From: Candidatus Woesearchaeota archaeon
Lineage (GTDB): Archaea; Nanobdellota; Nanobdellia; Pacearchaeales; GW2011-AR1
DNA: 64,000 bases
Assembly (NCBI GenBank): GCA_964385425.1
Contig: CAYLOQ010000002.1
Span: 12,714 to 76,713, forward strand
Reading direction: 5' to 3'
Made by a program: the position numbers and the translations under genes. Below, piece by piece: positions 18,871 to 28,059 of the stretch. Position 1 is the stretch's first letter. Every line of letters starts with the position of its first letter. The notes under the pieces were generated by a model, which ran no database searches, was not told where the DNA came from, and saw nothing but the letters and a program-made list of their open reading frames with translations.

Positions 18871-21800
18871 ATGGTGAATGAAAAATCTGATAAGAAAAAA
18901 ATTGAGATTCATATCCCTAAAAATAGACTTGATTCAAAACAAGAGATGTTATATAAGTACTTATCAATAATTGGGTCTGAGATTGCATCATTCTATTTAG
19001 ATGCGTTAAATATTATTAAAAATAAAGAAATTGAAACAAAAAGTAATTTAGTGGCACATTTAGCTAGAGAAATAGATGGAGGGTTGAGAGATATTTTAGC
19101 AAGCAAATCTGTTTTAGATGAAAACAAATCTCTCTCAAAAGAAGAGAAAAAAGAACTAATTAATGAAATAAATTTAGAGTTAAGATCTAAGAATTTAACG
19201 GAATTGAAAAATATAAGTGGAACAATTATTTCTATCTGTAATGCATTAGACATAATTAAAGATAAAGAATTAATCAAAAAATGGTCTGTTGTTTCTGCAC
19301 AATTTCACAGATTTGCACATAGGAGTGGAGCATTTAAAGAAGCAAGAGATTTTAATTTGTTTAAGGACGTATGGGAAAGGTATGAAAAAATATTATCTCA
19401 CTTAATAGGATCCTCTCTTAATATGTTAAATAGGATAGATAATCTTATTTTGAAAGATAAACCCTCAAGTGAAATTATTAGAACATTACCCAATCTATTT
19501 AAAATTTCTACAAAAGAAAATTATTTTTTCTCAAATCTCAAACAAATAAACTGGCTAAAACCACTCAATGAAGCAGGATTTTTTAATCCCGAAGATAATC
19601 CTAAACCAAAGCTGACTGAAGACAAAAAGGGATATTATATTTTATCATGGAGCGTTTTAAGATATTTGGAATGGGTTTCAGAAAATCTTCCCCCAGATAA
19701 TGAAGGGGTTGTTAAAGAGTTAGTTAAAATAATTGACGCAATTATAAATTATAAAGATAAAGATGGAAAAAGAATTCAAAATTGGAGAACGGATTTTGCG
19801 ATATTTAAAATATTAAACAACATACCTTCAGATTATATTAAAAATGAACATATAGATTTTATTAAAGATTCATTAGAAATTAATTTTCATGGAGGATTAA
19901 TTGGATCAGAATTGAGTAAAGGTTTTCTTTCTAAATTAATAGCAGATAATAAAAAAGATTTGTTCTTAAGATTAGTTGAGGTTATTTGTTCCTATAGAAT
20001 CTTAGATTACAATCTTAATCCGCTTATTGAAGAATATTGGTTTTCTGAATTAATAAAAAAACATAAAACAGAACTAGCCAAATATTCTGCCAAAGAAATT
20101 ATCGAAAAGATTGTTGATGTAATAAAAGAGATTAAAAAAGGAGATCCTAATAGCTTTAATATTGTGCATATTCCAACAATAGAATCTCACGAGCAAAAAA
20201 GTTTCCCTGATAAGTATGAAGCACGATTAATAGATTTATTTGTAGAATGTTTTAGTTATTTGGATGACAAAATCTTGATTAAAGAAGTAAAAAAATTACT
20301 GGATCACGAATTTGATATTTTTAGGAGAGTTGGAATTTATTCAGTTAGTTTAAATTTTAATGTCCTGAACGAATTATTTTTTAGTCTTGATGACAATCCT
20401 CTTGAGAATGCAAGACTAAAGCATGAAATCTATGAATTATTTAAATCTCATGCAGATAAATTTTCTGAGAAACAAATTAAAATTATTATTAAATGGATTG
20501 AAGAAAAAAAGTATTATCTTGATGAAGTTAAACCTAAAGACAAAAAAAAGATTCTTGCTTATCATAAGAAGATATGGTACTTTGCTCTTTTATCTTCAAA
20601 GAATAAAGAAATAAAAAAGCTTTATGAGAAATATAATAAAATAAATGATATTGAACTTGAACATCCCGGATTTACAAGTTGGCATACTACTTGGACTGGA
20701 GAAGTTAGTCCCTTGCAAGAATTTGAACTTGCAAAAACTACAATTGACGAGATAATAGTAGAAATAAAAAAATTTAAGGAAGAAAAAGGATTTCAAAAAC
20801 CGAGCATTCGAGGATTTGCAGAAGCAATACAAAAAGATGTTGAAAAAAATCCCTCAAAGTATTATGATTCTCTTGAAAAATTTAAAGATATTGATTTGGC
20901 TTATCTGTGCACCATTGTTAGAGCATTCATAGATATATCTAGAAATAATAATCAAGCAAAAAAAGAGATTGCTAAATTGGATTGGGATAAAATTTTAAAA
21001 TTCATTGATAAACAGCTCAATAAATCTTTCTGGGAACTGGAATATTCGGGGGAATTTAATTATCGAGATTGGTTTATTTCAGAAGTTGCAAATTTAATTG
21101 AAGAAGGAACAAAACAAGATGAAACTGCATTTGATACTAAATTGCTACCGATAGCTAAAAAGATTTTATTAAACTTAACCCAACATACTATCTTTTATTC
21201 TATTGGCAATGAGGATTATGTGACTTTTGCTTTAAACTCAACAGAGGGCAAAATTCTCGATGCTATGCTTAACTATTCCTTAAGATTTTATAGGGTAGTG
21301 GAGAAAAAATGGGATGAAGAAATAAAGAAACACTTTACTAAAAGGATAACTGAAAAGAAATATCTTGAAGTATTTACAATCATTGGGCAATATTTGCCTC
21401 AATTTTATACTTTAGATAAGAAATGGATAGAATCTAATTTTGATTTAATTTTTCCATTAGATAATTTTGAGATATTGAAGGCATCGTCTTCAGGTTTATT
21501 CTTTAATCCAACAGTTTATAGTGATTTTTATACTATGTTTAAAGATAAGGGGCAATATAAATTATTCTTAGATTCATGGGAACAAAATGGGAACAAGATA
21601 AATGAAAGTGTATTAAGACATATTTGTTTAGGGTATGCTGAGAAATGGGAAGAAATAGAAGATGGTACTTTGATAAAAAAATTATTGGAGAAACCAGGGG
21701 CTTTAGGGGAGGTAATAAGATTCTTCTGGATAGCTTCAAAAAATATAAAGCCAGATTATGTTATAAGGATTAAAGAACTTTGGCAGTATATTTATGAAAA

Positions 21801-22176
21801 TAACAAAGAATTACAAATTACGGGGGAATTAATGCAATGGCTTAGAGTATTTGATGAATTGGATGACGATCTGTTTAAGTTGTGTATTGAGGGTGCTAAA
21901 TTTGTCAATACCCATGATGTGCATTATGTCATAGAGTATTTAGTAAAATATATTGATTCTGATGTTGAAAAAGCGGGAAAAATCCTTTTAGAATTAGTAG
22001 AAAATGTTGAAATAATCTCAGAATATAAAAAAGAGGATGTTATTAAAATAGTTGAAAAGTTATACCTTGAAGGAAAGAAAGACTTAGCAGATGAAATATG
22101 CAATAAATATTTTGATAAATATAGTTTTGAATTTTTAAGAGGGCTTTATAATGCGAATAATTCTAATGTAGAATAA
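18871..22176 (+). CDS. 1101-aa largely helical protein with possible HEPN-like N-terminal domain; candidate defence protein
   Basis: AHLAREI...FHRFAHR N-terminal motif followed by long alpha-solenoid-like region; very AT-rich. Confidence 0.55.
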   Translation: MVNEKSDKKKIEIHIPKNRLDSKQEMLYKYLSIIGSEIASFYLDALNIIKNKEIETKSNLVAHLAREIDGGLRDILASKSVLDENKSLSKEEKKELINEINLELRSKNLTELKNISGTIISICNALDIIKDKELIKKWSVVSAQFHRFAHRSGAFKEARDFNLFKDVWERYEKILSHLIGSSLNMLNRIDNLILKDKPSSEIIRTLPNLFKISTKENYFFSNLKQINWLKPLNEAGFFNPEDNPKPKLTEDKKGYYILSWSVLRYLEWVSENLPPDNEGVVKELVKIIDAIINYKDKDGKRIQNWRTDFAIFKILNNIPSDYIKNEHIDFIKDSLEINFHGGLIGSELSKGFLSKLIADNKKDLFLRLVEVICSYRILDYNLNPLIEEYWFSELIKKHKTELAKYSAKEIIEKIVDVIKEIKKGDPNSFNIVHIPTIESHEQKSFPDKYEARLIDLFVECFSYLDDKILIKEVKKLLDHEFDIFRRVGIYSVSLNFNVLNELFFSLDDNPLENARLKHEIYELFKSHADKFSEKQIKIIIKWIEEKKYYLDEVKPKDKKKILAYHKKIWYFALLSSKNKEIKKLYEKYNKINDIELEHPGFTSWHTTWTGEVSPLQEFELAKTTIDEIIVEIKKFKEEKGFQKPSIRGFAEAIQKDVEKNPSKYYDSLEKFKDIDLAYLCTIVRAFIDISRNNNQAKKEIAKLDWDKILKFIDKQLNKSFWELEYSGEFNYRDWFISEVANLIEEGTKQDETAFDTKLLPIAKKILLNLTQHTIFYSIGNEDYVTFALNSTEGKILDAMLNYSLRFYRVVEKKWDEEIKKHFTKRITEKKYLEVFTIIGQYLPQFYTLDKKWIESNFDLIFPLDNFEILKASSSGLFFNPTVYSDFYTMFKDKGQYKLFLDSWEQNGNKINESVLRHICLGYAEKWEEIEDGTLIKKLLEKPGALGEVIRFFWIASKNIKPDYVIRIKELWQYIYENNKELQITGELMQWLRVFDELDDDLFKLCIEGAKFVNTHDVHYVIEYLVKYIDSDVEKAGKILLELVENVEIISEYKKEDVIKIVEKLYLEGKKDLADEICNKYFDKYSFEFLRGLYNANNSNVE

Positions 22177-22222
22177 TAACTAATTTAATTCTTAACCAAG
22201 CTAAATAACTTATCGCCTCTTT

Positions 22223-22384
22223 TCATCTCTTCCTCAACCTTATCTCCCCCTTCTTAGCAACAGGTTCTAAATCATCTCCTTCTTTAAACCCTGCTTTTTC
22301 CATAAATTTTTTAGGGACTACCAACCTATATTTAAAGTATTCCTTATCCTTATACTCTCTCGATTTAACTTTCTCTACCTTCAT
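22223..22384 (-). CDS. 53-aa AbrB/MazE/SpoVT-like DNA-binding protein (not in ORF track)
   Basis: MKVEKVKSREYKDKEYFKYRLVVPKKFMEKAGFKEGDDLEPVAKKGEIRLRKR: V.PK...E..G...GD.L pattern. Confidence 0.75.
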   Translation of the reverse strand: MKVEKVKSREYKDKEYFKYRLVVPKKFMEKAGFKEGDDLEPVAKKGEIRLRKR

Positions 22385-22460
22385 AAAAAGTAGATGTTAC
22401 CACTTCTTTATAAATATTAGGGGACGAAAGATTTATATAGTTTAGGGGACTAAAAGATAT

Positions 22461-22586
22461 ATGACCCTCTGCTACCACAAAGAATACTTCGCATTAGGAT
22501 TAATCAGTGCCTTGTTCATAACTGCCCTGATTGTCTTATTCGAGGATTTTATTGCTGAGATGGTTAAGAGAGTGAGGGGGTTTTAA
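22461..22586 (+). CDS. 41-aa single-TM peptide (not in ORF track)
   Basis: MTLCYHKEYFALGLISALFITALIVLFEDFIAEMVKRVRGF; TATA at 22432 is 29 nt upstream. Confidence 0.5.
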   Translation: MTLCYHKEYFALGLISALFITALIVLFEDFIAEMVKRVRGF

Positions 22587-22664
22587 GGGTTTTCTATCAA
22601 AGGTTCGAATTCATGTCTTAGCGTTTTTAATAGGGGTTATATATATCCCGAAAAAAGGCAACAC

Positions 22665-23945
22665 TTATTTATCTTTAGGATATTCATCTTCATGAAACCT
22701 CATTATTTTTGGATTAATAAAGATACTTAATTCTTTCTGTATTTTTTCCATCTCTTTTTGTTCATGTTCTCCCCAGTTTGGAATGTCTACTATGCAAAAA
22801 TCATATGAACAACTAGGTTTAATTTTCATTTCTGTGGCTATTCCTATAACCTTTCTGTTATCCTTATTCATTCCTCTAGCAACAAAACAAGTGCTCTTCA
22901 ATAATTCCCTTCTAAAATCTCGTGATTTCTTATTATCTAAAAACATAAAACAATAAGTTACTCCCCCAACTTCCATAACCCTACGGAACACATTATTTTT
23001 AATCTCATGGTGGGCTCTTACATGGGCATCAAAGAAAGACTTACCGAGAATCCTTCTTTCAAATCTATGGGGTTTAGCTAACTCTCTAGCAACCACTTCA
23101 TACCCCTTTCCGCTTGTATGAATTCTATTTATTATTTCATCCCAAATATAGCTTATTTTATCCTCTTCTTGTTTTTTAATATACTCTGGTCTTTTGCTTA
23201 AATGTTCCCATATTCCCTCATCCATGAATATTCCGTTATATTCTACAAATTTGTCAAAATTTCTTTCGTTTGTTATGTAATATGCTAACAAATCTTTTTC
23301 TCCACCCATCAATAACATTTGATTATCTAAAACAAAAAGTTTTTCTTTTTCTTTTACGTAATTGATAAAATCTTGGATAGTATCTAATTCATTTAAGATG
23401 GTTTCTAAAGCTTCTTTATTTAAAACATGTATTTTTTTATTTTTGAATTCTTTAAAAAAGGAAAAGAAATCCTCATCTTCTCCAACCAATGCCGAAATGA
23501 GATAAATTTCTTTTATTTTACGGGGGTCAAATTTTTCTTTTACCCTTCTAGGATTTTCTAAGATTATTTCTTTTTTTAAATCAAATAATCTTCTTTTTGC
23601 TCCAGAAAGCTGACTTAAATTTTTTTTGACTTCTCTTTCATTCTGTTTGCCGTCATTTCCTATCTTTAAATCTTTTATTTGCCAAATTATAGCAATTTCT
23701 CCAAATACAACTAAAAGGTCACATAATTCTTTTCCATCGGACCATTTTGGATTTCTATAACACCAGTCTATTAGAAAAGATTTTGTCGCCAATTCATAAA
23801 CTAGATCTTCGGCTTTTTCCCCTTTTAACTGAAAATAATTTTTAGAAGGTTTTTCTTGATAATCTGTTTCTTCTTTTTCTAAACAGCACTTCTTGTATTT
23901 TTTCCCGCCACCACAGGGGCAAGGTTGATTTCTACCAATTTTCAT
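22665..23945 (-). CDS. SEC-C motif protein with NERD/PD-(D/E)XK-like nuclease domain
   Basis: KIGRNQPCPCGGGKKYKKCC, then G...E...ELCDLLVV....IIWQIK. Confidence 0.75.
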   Translation of the reverse strand: MKIGRNQPCPCGGGKKYKKCCLEKEETDYQEKPSKNYFQLKGEKAEDLVYELATKSFLIDWCYRNPKWSDGKELCDLLVVFGEIAIIWQIKDLKIGNDGKQNEREVKKNLSQLSGAKRRLFDLKKEIILENPRRVKEKFDPRKIKEIYLISALVGEDEDFFSFFKEFKNKKIHVLNKEALETILNELDTIQDFINYVKEKEKLFVLDNQMLLMGGEKDLLAYYITNERNFDKFVEYNGIFMDEGIWEHLSKRPEYIKKQEEDKISYIWDEIINRIHTSGKGYEVVARELAKPHRFERRILGKSFFDAHVRAHHEIKNNVFRRVMEVGGVTYCFMFLDNKKSRDFRRELLKSTCFVARGMNKDNRKVIGIATEMKIKPSCSYDFCIVDIPNWGEHEQKEMEKIQKELSIFINPKIMRFHEDEYPKDK

Positions 23946-24129
23946 AAAAGGCTTAAGATAAGAGCATTTTTACAGATTTCGTTTTTAGGTTAATCTTCTC
24001 CCCTTCCTTAATTTTCTTATTAATTTTTCTTTTTAAGAAATTGCAACAATTTCACAACATATTGCGGGGTTAAACCTATAATTGATATAAAAGATAATAT
24101 TTTTATATCAACATCTTCTTAATTATGGT

Positions 24130-25329
24130 ATGGGTAATAAGTTTATCTTAGTGGGATTAATTTTATTCATTTCATTAAATCTTGTTTCTGCAATAGACTT
24201 TAGTTTATCTGGAGTAGATGTGAATCCTTCAAATGTTTATCAAGGAGATTCCCCAACTTTAACAGCCAAGGTTACAGCAGATCCAAGTAATTTTTGTGAT
24301 ATTATCTGTACGTGGACTGTAGATGAAGGTCCTGACTATAGTGGGGTTGTTTCTGGAAGTAGTAATCCACCACAAACAATTCTCGCATCAGGAGAGAGTG
24401 AGACATTTCCTTTTAGAATAAATGCCCTTGGTCAAGGTAGTGTTTCTTATACTTTAACAGTTACATGTGATAATGAATATCCTCTATGTTTCGCTAGCCC
24501 AGTAATACAACTTTATTCTGATACATTAGTCTTTAATTATGCTGGAGATGGTAAATGTACTATATCAGAGGAAAAATGTGTTGATTATGGTTCTTATACC
24601 GGAACCAGTGATTGTTCTTGCTCTCCAATTAAAGAATGCAATCCTGACAGTTCAAGAGGAGCAGATGATTATGGGTGTGCAACTTATTGTGGTAATAACG
24701 TTAAAGAAACTGAATTTGAAACATGTTCTAATTGTCCATCTGACATTGGAAAGTGTGATGGATTAAGTTGTGTATCTAGTAGTGAGTGTGAAGGTAGTTT
24801 TTGCGTTCATGAAAAATGTTCAAGTAAACCTTACATAGAAGGAGATGGTTTTTGTGATTTAGAGGAAGGAGAAAATTGTAAGAATTCTGTAAGTGATTGT
24901 GCGTGTGGGAATAATGAAAGATGTGGAAATGCAGGTATATGTGAAACTTATTGTGGTAATAATATTTGTGAAGCTTCTGAAGAAGGTATTTGTAAATCAG
25001 ATTGTCAATGGTGTGGTGATGGACAATGTAGTGGAAATGAAAATTGTAAAAGCTGTCAAACAGATTGTGGGGTTTGTGAAAGTTCCGAAATAACTGGAGA
25101 AATATCTAGGAATATTCAAAGTGGAGTAGAAGAAAGTTTAAAGGGTGCTAGCAAAAGACAGAGAAATATTACCATTACTGCACTTGGATCAATTGTTTTA
25201 TTCATTGGGGGGTATGTTGTTTTTAAGTTTATGAAAGAAAAGAAATCTAAACCAAGTAAAACAAAAAAAAACAGCAGTAAAAAAAGAAATACAAAGAAGA
25301 AGACAACTAAGAAGAAAGGGAGGAAGTAA
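24130..25329 (+). CDS. Secreted, membrane-anchored Cys-rich repeat surface protein
   Basis: Signal peptide, repeated CG(D/N)xxC...E.C..C..DC units, C-terminal TM plus basic tail. Confidence 0.8.
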   Translation: MGNKFILVGLILFISLNLVSAIDFSLSGVDVNPSNVYQGDSPTLTAKVTADPSNFCDIICTWTVDEGPDYSGVVSGSSNPPQTILASGESETFPFRINALGQGSVSYTLTVTCDNEYPLCFASPVIQLYSDTLVFNYAGDGKCTISEEKCVDYGSYTGTSDCSCSPIKECNPDSSRGADDYGCATYCGNNVKETEFETCSNCPSDIGKCDGLSCVSSSECEGSFCVHEKCSSKPYIEGDGFCDLEEGENCKNSVSDCACGNNERCGNAGICETYCGNNICEASEEGICKSDCQWCGDGQCSGNENCKSCQTDCGVCESSEITGEISRNIQSGVEESLKGASKRQRNITITALGSIVLFIGGYVVFKFMKEKKSKPSKTKKNSSKKRNTKKKTTKKKGRK

Positions 25330-25331
25330 TA

Positions 25332-26699
25332 ATGAAATTTTCTGAAAAAGAAATTATTGTGGGTGTTATTTTTTTAATAATTTTCGTTGCGTTATCAGTT
25401 AATTTATTTTGGGCAAATCCTTCAAATGTTAATTTTTGTGGGGATGGGGTGTGTGTAAATAATGAAATAGGTGCATGTAGTATAGATTGTGATTGGTGTG
25501 GAGATGGTTATTGTCAAGAGGGAGAATCTTGTAGCAGTTGCAAAGAGGATTGTAATTCATGTTCATCAGAATTTTTTTGTGGGGATGGTGTCTGTAGTGT
25601 TGGTGAATGTAATTCTGGATGTTGGAAAGATTGCGGTTTTTTAGAATGTGAAAATGGAATATGTGAATTAGAAAAAGGGGAGAGTTGTATTAATTCTCCT
25701 AATGATTGTAGATGTATTGATGGATATTGCGATTCTGAATCTGGACAATGTATTTATCAAAGTTGTGGTAATGGTGTTTGCGATGTAGATGAAACATATC
25801 TTAACTGCCCTAATGATTGTAAAGAAATTTATGAAGTAGAAGATACTTCTGATATTAACTACCCAATTATTCTTGTTCATGGACATTCTGCAACAAGTTC
25901 AAGTAGTGAAAACTCAATTAATACATTTAAAGAATTTCAAGAAAAACTAGATTCCGAAGGATATGCTGATAGTAAAGGAATAGTTTTACCTAAGGATATG
26001 GATATTGCTGAAGGTTCGTGGGGAAAAACCCGCAAACCAATTGTAGTTAGGACAACTTATTATTTGAATGCTTATGATGAATTTGGTTCTACTATAGGTC
26101 CAGAAGATAATCAACATATAAATACATATGCTAAAAGATTATCGGGTGTGGTTTATTCTGTTTTGAAATATACTGAAAAAAATAAAGTGATAATTATAGC
26201 TCATTCAATGGGGGGACTAGTATCTAGAGAATATGTAAAAAACGAAGGGGGATTAAATAAAGTAGATAAGTTAGTGACCATAGGAACTCCAAATCATGGG
26301 ATTTATGCAGATATTTCTACAAATTGTGAAGGGGTTTTTGGGAGAACAGAAAATAGTCCAGAATGTGAAGATATGAGGGTGGATAGTGTGTTTATTACAC
26401 AACTTAACCAACAAGAAACTTTTACAAATATAGATTATATGACAATAACAGGTAAAGCTACAAATGAAAAAGTAGATTACGGTTATCTTATCGGTTCTAT
26501 ATTTCCCTATTCTGTTTGTGATGGTGGGGAGTATCATGATGAGGTTGTGTGTGTATCAAGTGTATTTCTTAATGGTGCAATTAATAAAATAGTCAATGGA
26601 CAAGAAGTTTCTGGAAAAGGAACATTTCACGGGGATATGACTGAGCCATCAAGAGTTCCAGAAGTTTATGATTATGTTGTGGATTTTTTAGATCTTTAA
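25332..26699 (+). CDS. Cys-rich repeat protein fused to an alpha/beta hydrolase (lipase/esterase)
   Basis: N-terminal TM, CGDGxC repeats, PIILVHG, AHSMGG nucleophile elbow, IGTPNHG, D.VV and H motifs. Confidence 0.85.
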   Translation: MKFSEKEIIVGVIFLIIFVALSVNLFWANPSNVNFCGDGVCVNNEIGACSIDCDWCGDGYCQEGESCSSCKEDCNSCSSEFFCGDGVCSVGECNSGCWKDCGFLECENGICELEKGESCINSPNDCRCIDGYCDSESGQCIYQSCGNGVCDVDETYLNCPNDCKEIYEVEDTSDINYPIILVHGHSATSSSSENSINTFKEFQEKLDSEGYADSKGIVLPKDMDIAEGSWGKTRKPIVVRTTYYLNAYDEFGSTIGPEDNQHINTYAKRLSGVVYSVLKYTEKNKVIIIAHSMGGLVSREYVKNEGGLNKVDKLVTIGTPNHGIYADISTNCEGVFGRTENSPECEDMRVDSVFITQLNQQETFTNIDYMTITGKATNEKVDYGYLIGSIFPYSVCDGGEYHDEVVCVSSVFLNGAINKIVNGQEVSGKGTFHGDMTEPSRVPEVYDYVVDFLDL

Positions 26700-26711
26700 C
26701 AATTTCTACTC

Positions 26712-26729
26712 AAAAGCCCATCTAAACTC
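26712..26729 (-). repeat. Right copy of the 18-bp inverted repeat
   Basis: AAAAGCCCATCTAAACTC is the reverse complement of 18802-18819. Confidence 0.9.
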
Positions 26730-26786
26730 TACAAAAAATATTAACACCCCGACCGTGTTCTGGGGGTATTGAGTTAATAAAATTCT

Positions 26787-26999
26787 TCACAACACCTGCA
26801 TCTCTTGATTTTGAAGTACAGAATTTCTTAAGATTTTTCTCTGATTAATCTGTTCAATTGACCATTTAATACCACACCAACGGCAATTAGAAATACCTCT
26901 ACTTTTCTTTTTACATAAAGGACAAGGTACTGATATAGTTCTTAACATACCTTCTGTCCATTTTTTTTCACATAATTCTCTAGGTTTTACCTTAACCAT
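26787..26999 (-). CDS. Small Zn-ribbon protein
   Basis: CPLC...CRWCG. Confidence 0.5.
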   Translation of the reverse strand: MVKVKPRELCEKKWTEGMLRTISVPCPLCKKKSRGISNCRWCGIKWSIEQINQRKILRNSVLQNQEMQVL

Positions 27000-27113
27000 A
27001 TTACTTAAAACTCATCTTTCTTTTTATATTCTTACCTTTTCAACAATCCCCAATAAAATCCCCAAGAATCATACAATTTTATAGTTTTCTAAAACTTTAG
27101 TTTTGCACAATAA

Positions 27114-28028
27114 CTACTCCCTAGCCCAACCAATATTTTTAGTAAAAACTTTTATTATTCCAGGGCTGCAATCAGCATTTTTGTCTTTTCCAGGTTTTAA
27201 ATCTAAAATTTGCTCACAACTACAACCATAAACTATTTGTTCTCCTTCTGTGTCTAGGCATTTGTCTTCGTCATCTGGAATTCCATCATTATCTTCATCG
27301 ATTTCATTTAAATTCACACCATCTCCATTATTCCAAAGTTGGGTCACTTCTTCTTGAGTTAGTGCTCTGTTCCAAATCCCAAACTCATCCACTAAACCAG
27401 GATAATAGTCTGCAAAATTTCCATTAAAAAAACGAGTTCCAATAGTTAAATCCATATTATTAACAATAGTTGTTCCTATCTGATCCTTTTCATCAACTTT
27501 ATTTCCATTTAAATATAATTTTTGCTTACTACCGTCATAAGTAAGAACGACATGATTCCATTGATTTTTAGCCCAACCATTATAAACAGAAAATTGCCTT
27601 CCATTTTCTGTCCAGCTATCTCCAGTAAGTAAAACATCTGTGAGATAAATTCTATAAGAAATATCATCATTTACAGGCCAATATGCATTATATCCCTTGT
27701 TAATAATATATCCTTCATCCTCTGTTAAGGAATTTGCTTTAAACCAGATACTTAAAGTAAACTCATTTAAATCTAAACTATCATCATCGTTAATCTCTAC
27801 ATAATCATTAATACCATCAAAACTTAATGCCTTACCTATTTTTCCATCAACAAAAGTTGCCCCATAATTTGTTCCATCGTTTCCATTTATAGGGTCTTCC
27901 ACATCGTTTTCAAAATTATAATAACTAACTAATCCTGTATTCAAACTTTCTGGCCAGCTTGCTAATACTATGGCAATTGAAGATACTACTATCAAAAACA
28001 CAAACAAAAATATATTTATTTTTTTCAT
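27114..28028 (-). CDS. Secreted LamG/concanavalin-like domain protein with Ca-binding (TSP3-like) repeat
   Basis: GLVSYYNFE, GKIGKALSFDG, WNHVVLTYDG, G.VDEFGIWNRALT, DEDNDGIPDDEDKC. Confidence 0.85.
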   Translation of the reverse strand: MKKINIFLFVFLIVVSSIAIVLASWPESLNTGLVSYYNFENDVEDPINGNDGTNYGATFVDGKIGKALSFDGINDYVEINDDDSLDLNEFTLSIWFKANSLTEDEGYIINKGYNAYWPVNDDISYRIYLTDVLLTGDSWTENGRQFSVYNGWAKNQWNHVVLTYDGSKQKLYLNGNKVDEKDQIGTTIVNNMDLTIGTRFFNGNFADYYPGLVDEFGIWNRALTQEEVTQLWNNGDGVNLNEIDEDNDGIPDDEDKCLDTEGEQIVYGCSCEQILDLKPGKDKNADCSPGIIKVFTKNIGWARE

Positions 28029-28059
28029 AATATTTTATGTTTTTGGAATATTTAAAAGT

